Assembly: GCA_002269645.1 (NCBI GenBank)
Contig: NIVC01000719.1
Coordinates: 114,020-178,019 of the forward strand
Source: Macrostomum lignano
Taxonomy: Eukaryota
Length of the DNA stretch: 64,000 nt
Direction of reading: 5' to 3'
In this document: positions 12,582 through 25,112 of the stretch, piece after piece
Layout: every line of letters starts with the position of its first letter
How positions within the stretch are numbered: position 1 is the first letter of the stretch
Translations under genes and position numbers: made by a program
The notes under the pieces: generated by a model
Told to the model about the DNA's origin: nothing
What the model saw: only the letters and a program-made list of their open reading frames with translations
Databases searched by the model: none

Positions 12582-13374
12582 TTATAATTAAAAGACCATG
12601 CTGATTCAACACAATAACTGATTTTTATAATCTGTCAGAAATATCGATGAAGCTTATAATTTATTCTGCAGCACCACAACACACATTAAACACAATGGTA
12701 CATTGAATTTGTTTAGAATCTGATTACGAAACGAGTTTAATAAAAATTCAAAAACTGTATGGGATATAATTATTAATCAGAAATGGACGCACAGCAACAA
12801 AGCGCTTTTATTGTGTTTGTAACGGTAGGGCAGGGGTTGTAAAATCACACAAAAATTCGCCGCAAACAATCGATGCAAATTAGAATAATAATAAGGGCTT
12901 AAAAAATAAATCAAATTTGATTTAATTAAACTGAAGGTCCACAGAATCGGAGCAGCATGTATCAGTGGTCATTGTACAAAGAGCATTATATTACGAGTAA
13001 AAAAACAAACACTTAATTTTATATCATTCTGAGCAAACTAACAAACTTGTAAAAAACAGTTCTAATTGTCCATAATTTATTGTAAGGGAAGCTCTATGAA
13101 CAATAAGACGAACTAAATATTCGAATATTGTAGTTGTAAATAAATAAAAATTTGTTAATTTTTGACACTTATTAAAAGTTCGTTCTCGCAGTACCTTAAA
13201 ATGGTTGTAGCTTATCATGTTTGTATTTATTAAATCGTAGCATACATGTATACTACATTTTGATTTCTGATTTTAGTATTTGTTTGAATCTTGCCCGACA
13301 GTTAGACCAAAACTTTTACAGTATAGTTTTAGGCGACAGGAGTTTCAATGGGCCACTGTTCAGTTTGCAGTTTA

Positions 13375-13860
13375 GTGGCAGAGTTTGGGGTGGGGGTCGT
13401 GGCGGAGTTTGGGGTGGGGGTCGTGGCGGAGTTTAGGGTGGGGGTCGTGGCGGAGTTTGGGGTGGGGGTCGTGGCGGAGTTTGGGGTGGGGGTCGTGGCG
13501 GAGTTTGGGGTGGGGGTCGTGGCGGAGTTTAGGGTGGGGGTCGTGGCGGAGTTTGGAGTGGAGGCAGAGCTTGAGTTGGGGTTGTGGCGGTGGTGGGCCA
13601 CTGCACAGTTTGGGGTGGGGGTCGTGGCGGGCCACTGCACAGTTTGGGGTGGGGGTCGTGGCGGGCCACTGCACAGTTTGGGGTGGGGGTCGTGGTGGGC
13701 CACTGCACAGTTTGGGGTGGGGGTCGTGGCGGGCCACTGCACAGTTTGGGGTGGGGGTCGTGGCGGGCCACTGCACAGTTTGGGGTGGGGGTCGTGGTGG
13801 GCCACTGCACAGTTTGGGGTGGGGGTCGTGGCGGGCCACTGCACAGTTTGGGGTGGGTTC
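13375..13860. repeat. G-rich minisatellite (24-bp then 34-bp units)
   Basis: GGCGGAGTTTGGGGTGGGGGTCGT repeats switch to GGCGGGCCACTGCACAGTTTGGGGTGGGGGTCGT repeats. Confidence 0.9.
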
Positions 13861-14475
13861 GCTGTGTTTTGGATATGCTGAAATGACCAGCTGTTAAACA
13901 CACTAGCTGTCAAATAAATCAAATTGCTGGCACAAGTCAACGGCCCTGATGGCAGACATAAATATAAACTACTAACAAAAATAGCACAATTCTTCTACTC
14001 ATAGAAATCTGTATATAGCACGATATTTGATAAATATTTATAACAAAAAAGGGGTCACATCTGGATAAGCCAGTAAGGGAATGGAGAGTCCAAATTCATA
14101 CATACATTTATGTATAATGTGTAAGCATAAATAATTAATTTTTTAGCACCTTAGCTTCGCAATTTGAAACTATGAAACAAAGTGAAGTTGAGGGGGGGGC
14201 CCAGGCAATGTAAAATTTTCATTCCTATAAGATTCAAAGCTTTACCTAAGTATGTTAAGCTACGAAGACACTATGGGTAAAAGGCGGAAGTAAATTTACA
14301 ATTTTTTAATATATAAGCGCTTCGTCATCTACTTAGTGCTTGGCAACTAACAGGAAATAACACTGATAGAAGATTGTTGTACTAACAATCATGTTTTCAC
14401 CTGAAGTTTATCAAACCCCTAATATAGCGGGTTACTGACGTCATCCGGAGATCCAATTAGCTAGTTGACAGGTTG

Positions 14476-17400
14476 TCAGGGCAGCGGCACAATCACCTCC
14501 ACGTAGTTCACAGGGAAGAAGCCGCGCTTGCCTTTCAGTTCGCCTTCGAACCAGTTCTCGTCTACCTGGGCAATTAGTTGGATTACGTCACCCTCGTCGA
14601 ATGCCAGCTCGGTGTTGTTCTCGGCGGTGAAGGTGAACAGAGCCCGGCAGGTGGGCGTGCCCGACTTCGCTGCGGAGGGAGGGAGGGAGGGGCAGTGAGT
14701 GGGTGACTCTGTGCGGCCCAATGTGTCTGGAGCGTAAGCGCTACTGCGAGGAAAAAATGAACTTAGAGAAAATTAGGAGGAAAGGAGGTAGGAGTGTTAA
14801 TAGATGTAGGAAAGGAAAAGGGGGAGACAGAGGAGAGAGGAGGGAAAGAGAGGAAAAGAGAGGGGAAAGAGAGGGAAAGAGAGGGGAAAGAGGGGGAAAG
14901 AGAGGGGAAAGAGGGGGAAAAAGAGGGGGAAAAAGAGGGAAAGAGAGGGGAAAGAGGGGAAAGAGAGGGGAAAGAGAGGGGAAAGAGAGGGGAAAGAGGG
15001 GGAAAGAGAGGGGAAAGAGGGGGAAAAGAGGGAAAGAGAGGGGAAGGAGAGGGAAGAAGAGGGGAAAAGGGGGGAGAGGGGAAAGAGAGGAAGGAGTGTT
15101 AATGGATGTAGAAAGGAAAAAGGAGGAGACAGAAGGGAGAAGGCCAGAGAGGAAAAGAAAGGAGAAAGAGAGGGTAAAGAGAGGGGAAGAGAGGGTAAAG
15201 AAAGGAAAGAGGGGGGAGAGGGAAAAGAGAGGAGAGGGAAAAGAGAGGAAAGAGGGGGAGAGGGAAAAGAGGGAAGAGGGAAAAGAGGGGAAAGAGGGGG
15301 AGGGGAAAAGAGGAAGAGAGCAACCAAAAAGCCCCCCCCCCCGGAATAGCCAGAGCACCTGCAGTCGCTCACCCTGCAGTCGAGGCTTGACGCTGATGGC
15401 TGGGCCGGCTGGCTCATGCGATTTGTCATTAGCCGACAATCGCCACGCATCGCCGCCGCTGCCTCCTCCGGCGCCGCCGATTGCTCCGGCGCCGGCGCTG
15501 GCGCCAAATCTGGCGCCGCTCTGGTCGCTACTAATGCTGCTGCTTTTAGAGGCGCCGCGTACAACTGGCCGGAACGGCACGTGCTCGGACTTGGGCCGAC
15601 TAGCGGCCTGGGAGCGCCTGTTGTAAATTCGGAAAATTATTTTAAAATTCAAATCATCCTACTACTACTAACAGTAATACAATAGGAGCAGAAGTTTATA
15701 ATTTTCATGAATTGAAAATTGACGCACTTTGTTTCCAATCTAGTCTGCAGATTTGATAGAATCCGACAGGCCTCCTGATGATAGACCAGCTCGGCTGAGA
15801 CCAGCTCGTACATGGCCGAGACGTGTTCAGCCTGCGAGGTGATTTAATGTTGATAGGCATTATCTTTGTTTGCAATGTATGTTGTAATTGGAGAGACCGG
15901 TATTTACTGCAACATTTAAGTTCAAGTTTTAAGTTTAATTAGGTGTAAGTTTAGGTTTAGGTTAAGAGCCTAGATTAGGGTTTAGGTTAGGATTTAGGTT
16001 AGGATTTATGTTAGCGTTTAGGCTAAGGCTTAGGTTAGGGTTTAGGTTAGGATTTAGGTTAGGATTTATGTTAGCGTTTAGGCTAAGGCTTAGGTTAGGG
16101 TTTAGGTTAGGATTTAGGTTAGAGTTTAGGCTAAGGCTTAGGTTAGGGTTTAGGTTAGGATTTAGGTTAGGGTTTAGGTTAGGATTTAGGTTAGAGTTTA
16201 GGCTAAGGCTTAGGTTAGGGTTTAGGTTAGGATTTAGGTTAAAGTTTAGGCTAAGGCTTAGGTTAGGGTTTAGGTTAGGATTTAGGTTAGGATTTATGTT
16301 AGCGTTTAGGCTAAGGCTTAGGTTAGGGTTTAGGTTAGGATTTAGGTTAGAGTTTAGGCTAAGGCTTAGGTTAGGGTTTAGGTTAGGATTTAGGTTAGAG
16401 TTTAGGCTAAGGCTTAGGTTAGGGTTTAGGTTAGAGTTTAGGCTAAGGCTTAGGTTAGGGTTTAGGTTAGGATTTAGGTTAGGATTTAGGTTAGAGTTCA
16501 GGCTAAGGCTTAGGTTAGGGTTTAGGTTAGGATTTAGGTTAGCGTTTAGGCTAAAGCTTAGGTTATGGTTTAAGTTAGGGTTTATATATTAAGGCTCAGG
16601 GTAAGGTTTCGGTTTCGGTTTAGGTTAGGATTTATATTAAGGTTTAGGTCAAGGTTAAGGTTAGGGTTTAGCTAGGGCTTAGGTTGGGTCGGCGGGCGAA
16701 TTGTCGGTAGTCAAATGGCTGGTAAGTCAAACACCCATCAATATTGAATATTAACTGTTAAATTTCGTTAACCCTAAAAATAAGAATTAACGTGCAATGA
16801 CACTCGTAAGGAACAAAAACCGTTTCTTGGAAAATTTATGAAGGCTCTTATTTTCTAAAAGTCTAGAATTCTTCCATAAAGTGTTGATTATAAAGACTAT
16901 GCTAAAAGAAATAACAGTTCCCTCTTAATCACAACTTCATGTAAATGAACCACCATTTGGGTGCAAGCTACTTACCCAAGCTAATTGCATTTCGAGCCTT
17001 CAAAAAGTTTCCAAGAAACAATAAAGCGTATCATCCTTATCATTTTACTAATATTGATCTGATTGTTAGTCAGTTCAATAAAATAATATAACTTGAAACT
17101 TGTCTACTAATAGTAGAACAAAAAAAATTCGTTTTGAATTTACATCAGAATTCAAAAAATTGACCATCGCATTTTCTGCCAAATTTTTCGATTCGACGAA
17201 TTTATCTTCGGCCGCGTGCAAATCGTCTTCGTTTGGTCTGCTGCCGCCTGGATTAGGGGAGAATTGGGGGGGGGAATTGATAGGTAGAACAATTAGCAGA
17301 CTAATTTTTTGAAATAATCTGTTTTCTGTCCAGCAAAATTTGGGCAATTAAAATCTGCATACGCTCGTACAAGAATTGGCGCTAATTGCATGCAATAAAA

Positions 17401-20400
17401 GTTGCGCTTTATGGAGCCCTAGCGAAGTTAAAAATTCCTTTGACGCTCCTGTCTAACAGGTGATGCTCCTGTCTAACAGGTGATGATCCTGTCTAACAGG
17501 TGATGCTTCTGTCTAACAGGTGATGCTCCTGTCTAACAGATGATGCTTGTCTAACAGGTGATGCTCCTGTCTAACAGGTGATGCTCCTGTCTAACAGGTG
17601 ATGCTCTAGTCTAACAGGTGATGATCCTGTCTAACAGGTGATGCTCCTGTCTAACAGGTGATGCTTCTGTCTAACAGGTGATGCCCCTGTCTAACAGGTG
17701 ATGCCCCTGTCTAACAGGTGATACTCCTGTCTAACAGGTGATGCTTCAGTCTAACAGACGATACTCCTGTCTAACAGGTGATGCTCCTGTCTAACAGGTG
17801 ATGCTTCTGTCTAACAGGTGATGCCCCTGTCTAACAGGTGATGCTCTAGTCTAACAGGTGATGCTCCTGTCTAACAGGTGATGCCCCTGTCTAACAGGTG
17901 ATGCCCCTGTCTAACAGGTGATGCTTCTGTCTAACAGGTGATACTCCTGTCTAACAGGTGATGCTTCAGTCTAACAGACGATACTCCTGTCTAACAGGTG
18001 ATGCTCCTGTCTAACAGGTGATGCTCCTGTCTAACAGGTGATGCTCCTGTCTAACAGGTGATGCTTCTGTCTAACAGGTGATACTCCTGTCTAACAGGTG
18101 ATGCTCCAGTCTAACAGGTGATGCTCTAGTCTAACAGGTGATGCTTCTGTCTAACAGGTGATACTCCTGTCTAACAGGTGATGCTCCAGTCTAACAGGTG
18201 ATGCTCTAGTCTAACAGGTGATGCTCCTGTCTAACAGGTGATGCTCCAGTCTAACAGACGATACTCCTGTCTAACAGGTGATGCTCCTGTCTAACAGGTG
18301 ATGCTTCTGTCTAACAGGTGATACTCCTGTCTAACAGGTGATGCTCCAGTCTAACAGGTGATGCTCTAGTCTAACAGGTGATGCTCCTGTCTAACAGGTG
18401 ATACTCCTGTCTAACAGGTGATGATCCTGTCTAACAGGTGATGCTCTAGTCTAACAGGTGATGCTTTTGTCTAACAGGTGATGCTTTTGTCTAACAGGTG
18501 ATGCTTCTGTCTAACAGACGATACTCCTGTCTAACAGGTGATGCTCCTGTCTAACAGGTGATGCTCTAGTCTAACAGGTGATGATCCTGTCTAACAGGTG
18601 ATGCTCTAGTCTAACAGGTGATGCTTTTGTCTAACAGTTGATGCTTTTGTCTAACAGGTGATGCTTCTGTCTAACAGGTGATGCTTTTGTCTAACAGGTG
18701 ATGCTCTAGTCTAACAGGTGATACTCTAGTCTAACAGGTGATGCTTTTGTCTAACAGGTGATGCTCTAGTCTAACAGGTGATGCTCCTGTCTAACAGGTG
18801 ATGCTCTAGTCTAACAGGTGATGCTCCTGTCTAACAGGTGATGCTCCTGGTTAACAGGTGATGCTCTAGTCTAACAGGTGATGCTTTTGTCTAACAGGTG
18901 ATGCTTTTGTCTAACAGGTGATGCTCTAGTCTAACAGGTGATGCTCCTGTCTAACAGGTGATGCTCTAGTCTAACAGGTGATGCTCCTGTCTAACAGGTG
19001 ATGCTCCTGGTTAACAGGTGATGCTCTAGTCTAGCAGGTGATGCTTTTGTCTAACAGGTGATGCTCTAGTCTAACAGGTGATGCTCTAGTCTAACAGGTG
19101 ATGCTTTTGTCTAACAGGTGATGCTCCTGTCTAACAGGTGATGCTCTAGTCTAACAGGTGATGCTCCTGTCTAACAGGTGATGCTCCTGGTTAACAGGTG
19201 ATGCTCTAGTCTAACAGGTGATGCTTTTGTCTAACAGGTGATGCTCTAGTCTAACAGGTGATGCTCCTGTCTAACAGGTGATGCTCTAGTCTAACAGGTG
19301 ATGCTTTTGTCTAACAGGTGATGCTCTAGTCTAACAGGTGATGCTCCTGTCTAACAGGTGATGCTCTAGTCTAACAGGTGATGCTCCTGTCTAACAGATG
19401 ATGTTTTTGTCTAACAAGCTTTGCAGGGATGTTGAGTAAAATGGATTAAAAAATACTGATCTATTTCAAAAGTATACAGGCTTCCTAGATACTTTACCTT
19501 CCCCTGCAATTCAGTAAGGTACATGTAGTTGGTGAACAAATTATTAAATTTGTAATAATCTGCAGTTTCCGATCATGATATTGATAATAAGGTATATTTA
19601 CCTTTACGCTTCTTGCAGTCGAAGTCTAGCCGACGACCTTCCAGCTTCTTGAGATGATGCTAAAATTATTATACAAAAATAAAGCTTAGTTTACACTATT
19701 GGAGAGCATTTAAACAATTAAATAAAACTAGACTCACATTAATCTCTTTCAGATCGCGATTCTGCATGGCGGTGAATGGGTCTAGGAAATTCTGCTTAAC
19801 ACTGTCCTCTAGGCTGTATTTGATCTCAGCCATCTGCTTGTAGGCCTCACCGCTGTCAATGAGGGCTTCACCTGGATTAAGTTAAACAGAAACGCTTGCT
19901 GACTCATTTCTGTACACCTTGATCAAACCGCTTTCAAATGGCTGGAGGTAACTGACTCAAATAGCTGGAGGTAACTGACTCAAATGGCTGGAGGTAACTG
20001 ACTCAAATGGCTGGAGGTAACTGACTCAAATGGCTGGAGGTAACTGACTCAAATGGCTGGAGGTAACTGACTCAAATGGCTGCAGGTAACTGACTCAAAT
20101 GGCTGCAGGTAACTGACTCAAATGGCTGGAGGCAACTGACTCAAATGGCTGGAGGTAACTGACTCAAATGGCTGGAGGTAACTGACTCAAATGGCAGGAG
20201 GTAACTGACTCAAATGGCTGGAGGTAACTGACTCAAACGGTGAAAGGTCACAAGTCTCACCTAGACAAGAGTCATGACCAAGATCGTTGCCATGCTTTAT
20301 CATGCAGTCGCCAAGGATGCCCTCAGGCTGGGGGTAAGACAGATTGCGACCTTTGTTCTGCAGATTGTTAAATCCTTTGGCAGCGGTAAGGCGAACGCGG

Positions 20401-23400
20401 GCCACTAAAAGAAAGAATTTTTTAAATTTGAAAATAAAATTTCACAGAAAATCAACTTGATAAGAATGAATAAGGATACTATTGCTTACTAGGATTTGGC
20501 TGCAGATATTCTTGAGTTTTAGTAATCAAGTCGTCAACCATTTTATTTGCAACTTCAATTTTCTAAATATTCAAAAGAAAATAACTATCATTTAGAGTGT
20601 CATATATTAAATTAAAATAAAAATGATTAGGAGACATACCCTTTCCATTTCTAGAAAGTCAGTATCAAGCTCTGTGCCTTTAGTGCCAGCAATTCGCTCA
20701 CTCAACATCTGTGTGGGGGTGCAAGTAATAGAGATAGATTTATGTAAAGGCAAAAATAGGCATATTGTACATATTATCTAGCATTTTTACCCATATTAAG
20801 TGCTCTACTCTCATTATAAACTGCAATGGTTAGGTTGAACAAGGTCAAGCCAAGTTAACACACCTAGCAAATACTACCTTTTCCAAAAAAGACTGTTTTA
20901 ATTTTTATTTTTCTGAAATGGTCTTTGTTAAAAAATTCTTTGACAAAACTGGTGGATTGGTCAGGCCAAAACAGTTATTTGATTATGACCAACAGGTTAT
21001 TTTTTTAAAGGTTTGGATGTGACTCCTGAGTTAATAATCTTATATGATTATCTTATATATGATAGTCCTATATATTTGCAACATGGCCAATAAGTTTCTA
21101 CTAACATCATAAATACTAATTTTGATAAATATATAGTATATATTCAGCAATTGAGCTAAAAAATGCAATTATGCAACAAAACTTTAAAACAAGATATGTT
21201 GCAAAATTTGATAAAAAATGAAATTTTACACTTTTTTGAAAGTGTGCTTGTGATATTGCAGTTAACAAAACAGCAATGCTGCCAATCTTAATCATGAAAG
21301 TAAAAAACCAAGTCAATACTAAACAATAAATACTGCTTTCAAAATAAAAATGAGTATGATCATATTAAATTATGCAGAATCTACTTTAATTACAAAAAAA
21401 TATATTACAAACAAAAATCAAAGCATTTAACAGACATAACTTTATTCTTGCAATCAGGTAATAAAAATTACTCTTTTTACTAATCTGTAATTTGGAATCT
21501 ATAAAGTTCTAAAATCATTAAGTGCAACAAGGAAAAAGTAATTTGCACAAAATAAAAAGTCACATGATTTTGTTGGATATGCCAAATAAAAGAATTTTAT
21601 CCTAGACTATTTCCTAGTGATAAAAGAAGTGTTATGTCCAAGAGATTCCTTTGGGAATCCCTAAGATGTCGAGGCTTGCAGGGAATTGCTATAGTGCTGT
21701 AGTGCTATAATGACTCTTGGTGAGAATTACTAAAATGCCAATGCTTTAGGGTAAAGGTTAGGGTTAGGGTTAGGATTAGAAGGTAACCAATGGTCTTGCT
21801 TGACCTGCCTTGGAGGTGGCGCCAGCAATATAATAGCATCACAAATATGATTGCAATGGCATATAAGTGAACAACTCTTAGATGGACTAGCATGGGCATG
21901 CACTAGCTGTCATGCTCAGGTGTCAATTTGGAAAGGCTCATTTTTTGAAGCTAGTCATCTTATGTTGCAGCAGCTGCTAGATCTCATTTGTTGGTAGGCT
22001 ACAGAAGCAAAGCAGGGTGAGTGTCAATGACAATGCAACATTGGTCATAATGCTATTGTTGACTGGCAAAACTTCATTAGGGGCATTTGTTCTTAGTACC
22101 TGATTGACCATCCAGTGGAACTAGGTGGTCCTAGTAGAGATATAGAGATAGACAAATCCTATTTCTTTCACCAAAAGTACTACCAAGGTGCCCAGAAGCC
22201 TAGAGAGTGGATACTAGGCATGGTTGAATGTGGTGCCAGGAAGTGTATTATGATTGCTGTTCCTAACTGCACTGCTGCAACGCTGCTACCTTTGATTCAA
22301 TACCATATTCTCCCTGGTATACATGTGATTACTGATGAATGGCAAGCGTATACCCAGCTCTAGAATCATGCTATTGTCAACCATCAGCTCTCATTTGTCA
22401 ATCCTCAAGAATCAAGACCCAACTATGCATAAAAACCTTATCAAGGAGACATGGGCACACTATGAGGCCAAGCATACATGCACAACCTCGAAAATTTTGT
22501 TGGCCAAAAAAATATGACTTACATGTAAAAAAACCCTAAAGCAAAATTAATGCAACTTTGGGTAAATGGCAGGAGTAACTATAACTATCTTATTAAGCCA
22601 AAATGCCTTGTTAGCTACTTAGTACTACTACTTGGGTATTTTTTCGGGTGGGCATTTTTGCAGCTTCCTTAGTTGGCCGCCATATTGGTCAGCCAGATTG
22701 GCCAACTTGGCCAACTATTGCGCATTTATGAGGCAAAGTTCCAAGCTATACATGGTATAAGCCAGGCCCTCTTTGAGTCACATTTTGAGGAATTCATGTG
22801 GCAGAAAATGTACCCACAGAACACTTTTGGCAATATACTCTTTTGGATTGCCCACTATTACCCCCTATAAACCAAACTTCAAAGTTTTGACTTTTGAACT
22901 TTATCATGTTTTCTATTGATATCCCCGCAGTTTTAACCATAGACAATTGCAAAAGATAGTAATCAGTGGCGCAACCAGGGGGGGGGGGGGGGGGCGGTCG
23001 CCCCCCCCCCTTAGGCGGGGGACCGAAAAAAAATCAAAGGGGGGACCAAGCGAATTTTCGCCAAAAACAGAGCCACCCCTCCGCCGCCCCCCCCCTCCCG
23101 TGACTTTACCCTCAGAATCCGCCCCCCCCCCTTGAAAAATTTCTGGTTGCGCTACTGAGATAGTTGTTGCTTCACTTTCTTATATGTCTTGGCACAATTT
23201 CAATTTTATGCTTTTCTAAATGCTACAAAGGTTTCCACAACATACTGTTATTGTTTTTTGTTGTTTTAAGTTAGTACTGTTTGTGTTCAAATGAAAAAAA
23301 AATTATCAAACAAAAGAGGAAAACTGCCAAATATTTTATTTTAGCAACTTTAATTTAATAATAATAAATAAGTTTAATTATTAAATATAAATTTAATAAA

Positions 23401-23623
23401 TTTATTTATTCATTTATTCATTATATAACTTATAAGTATAACTAAGACAAGTCATGAAAAGATATATAGAAACTGTCAAATGATATTATGCTGGCAGCTA
23501 TAATATTAGGCCCCTAGTATTAAATTAAGCCTTAGCCACTAGGACTAAACTTAAGGTAAACCCAATATGAATAAATTACAAGATATTATATGATTAAAAT
23601 TATTATTGTTATTATTATTATTA

Positions 23624-23673
<50 letters not shown>

Positions 23674-23754
23674 AATATTACCTTATCTCTCTATGTATTG
23701 AAATCTTACCTGGTTGGCTTTGTTGAGTTGCTTTCTAAATCCTGCTAGAGACAT
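14476..23754 (-). CDS. SH3GL: Endophilin A (N-BAR + SH3)
   Basis: Exons 23754-23710 (MSLAGFRKQLNKANQ), 20708-20640, 20562-20490 (TKTQEYLQPNP), 20404-20261, 19871-19738, 19659-19602 (HHLKKLEGRRLDFDCKK), 17247-17144, 15831-15728, 15617-15373, 14669-14476 (SH3: CRALFTFTAENNTELAFDEGD...WFEG...GFFPVNYV). All phases are compatible. Confidence 0.95.
14790..15320. repeat. Polypurine (A/G) low-complexity tract
   Basis: Almost exclusively A and G (GAGGGGAAAG-type); endophilin last intron. Confidence 0.9.
15940..16685. repeat. Degenerate telomere-like (TTAGGG-variant) tract
   Basis: Mix of TTAGGG, TTTAGG, TTAGGA and CTAAGG units with higher-order periodicity. Confidence 0.85.
17449..19415. repeat. 20-bp minisatellite, about 2 kb
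   Basis: About 98 copies of TGTCTAACAGGTGATGCTCC with variants. Confidence 0.95.
19936..20237. repeat. 23-bp minisatellite
   Basis: About 13 copies of AAATGGCTGGAGGTAACTGACTC. Confidence 0.9.
22040..22870 (+). pseudogene. Degenerate Merlin/ISXO2 (IS1595-family DDE) transposase in endophilin intron 1
   Basis: Translated fragments NAIVDWQNFIR...ELGGPSRDIEIDKSYF...KYYQG...EWILGMVE...TLLPLIQYHILPG...ITDEWQAY...FESHFEEFMW, with stops and insertions. Confidence 0.75.
22964..23157. mobile_element. hAT-like MITE (CAGTGGCGCAACC termini)
   Basis: CAGTGGCGCAACCAG ... CTGGTTGCGCTACTG inverted termini; same family as 115-288. Confidence 0.65.
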
Positions 23755-24892
23755 TGTTTGTGGGCTTTTAGGTTAATGTGTTTACGCCTATCTTTACTTC
23801 CAAAGATCAGGGTGGGTTTAATTGGCAAGACTTTCAACTTCGTGCTTAAAAGGTTAAAAGGCAGCAAAAATCAGCTTAAAAAACGGTAGAAGAGAACAAA
23901 GAAAAACAGTTCAAATCAATAAGATGAAATGGGAAACTCAACTCAATACATTCGTGCTTTCACACCTTTCACCCTGTTCCAACGATGTAGAAGAAATGAT
24001 GATCTAATTAATCCAGGATTTAATGCAAGCTTTAAAAAACAATATCATCAATTCGTATAACAAAATTCTTGCCTTAAAAATTTAAAACTATTCAGGAAGA
24101 GTTTCCTGTACTTAAAAATGATTTTGCTGAGTTTTTAAGATCGAATGCAAAACTGTGAGCAGAAATTTTGACAAACTTTTTCTCGCAGAAGTAATGTATA
24201 GGAATATTGGAGCGCCATCGTGACGAACTGTATGTCTTGTGTATGCTTTAGCCAAGGATCACTTGGAGTAGACTATTCCACGTGGTCCTGGGCTTTAGCA
24301 CGGGAGGCGAGCTGAGTGTACATGTATACAGTGTACGATACATACGACAAACAATGTAAAAGGACGACAGCAGCAGGATGTCAATTTTGTGTAGATAATA
24401 TAATATATAATAATGTACATGGTTTACGTACATATGGTTGTACATGGTGATGGTGGTTGCTAAATCAGTTATCGACGATTTGATTTTTCGAGCTTATGAT
24501 GGTGGTTGCTAACCTTTTCGACGATGTTACTTTTCGAGCTTGTGAGTCTCGAGCTTGTGATGGGAACTTGAATTACCTTTCGACGATGTGATTTTTCGAG
24601 CTTGTCATTGGCCCCCGAAAATTGACTTTGGATAGAGGAGAACAATTTCCAGGGGGGGATAATTAGCGACTCTACTTTATGAGCTTTTTGACATAATAAT
24701 CCCTATAATTATCCCTAAGTCCTCCCAAGTCCAATTTTGTCACTTTTTTGCCAAACAATATAGCTTGTGCTTCCAGCTTCCTCATGCGACTAGCCTTCCT
24801 TCCTTCTTTCTCTGCCCCCCCCCATCATCGTTTAGTTGTATAGGCCCCGTCACCCTCAATGGGTACATGTGGCCGGCCTTGTGCTTTTAGTG

Positions 24893-25112
24893 CAGGGGTC
24901 GGCAAAATTTTTACCTCGATCAAAGCTAGTAGGTCAGATTGAGAATCTAGCGCTCGACTGCGGGCCAGAGGAGGGAGAGAGGAGAGGAGAGAGCTAGGTG
25001 AGGAGATGAGAGGAGAGCTGAGAGAGAGGAGAGGAGATGAGAAGAGAGATGAGACAATTGAGAGCTGAGAAGAGACACAAACATCAAGCGGGCCGGAGTG
25101 TGCCGATCCCTG
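24893..25112. mobile_element. hAT (Charlie-like) MITE with internal GA microsatellite
   Basis: TIRs CAGGGGTCGGCA / TGCCGATCCCTG; 8-bp TSD TTTTAGTG/TTTTAGTA. Related partial copies at about 35191-35405 and 49080-49250. Confidence 0.75.

Noticed and set aside
13329-16592. ORFs 13329-13940, 14703-15652 and 16008-16592
   Set aside because: Minisatellite, polypurine and telomere-like tracts; only the parts overlapping endophilin exons are coding.
17449-19415. CRISPR-like regular repeats (also 56998-58120 and 59845-60605)
   Set aside because: Head-to-tail units with no unique spacers, no cas genes and a eukaryotic intronic context.
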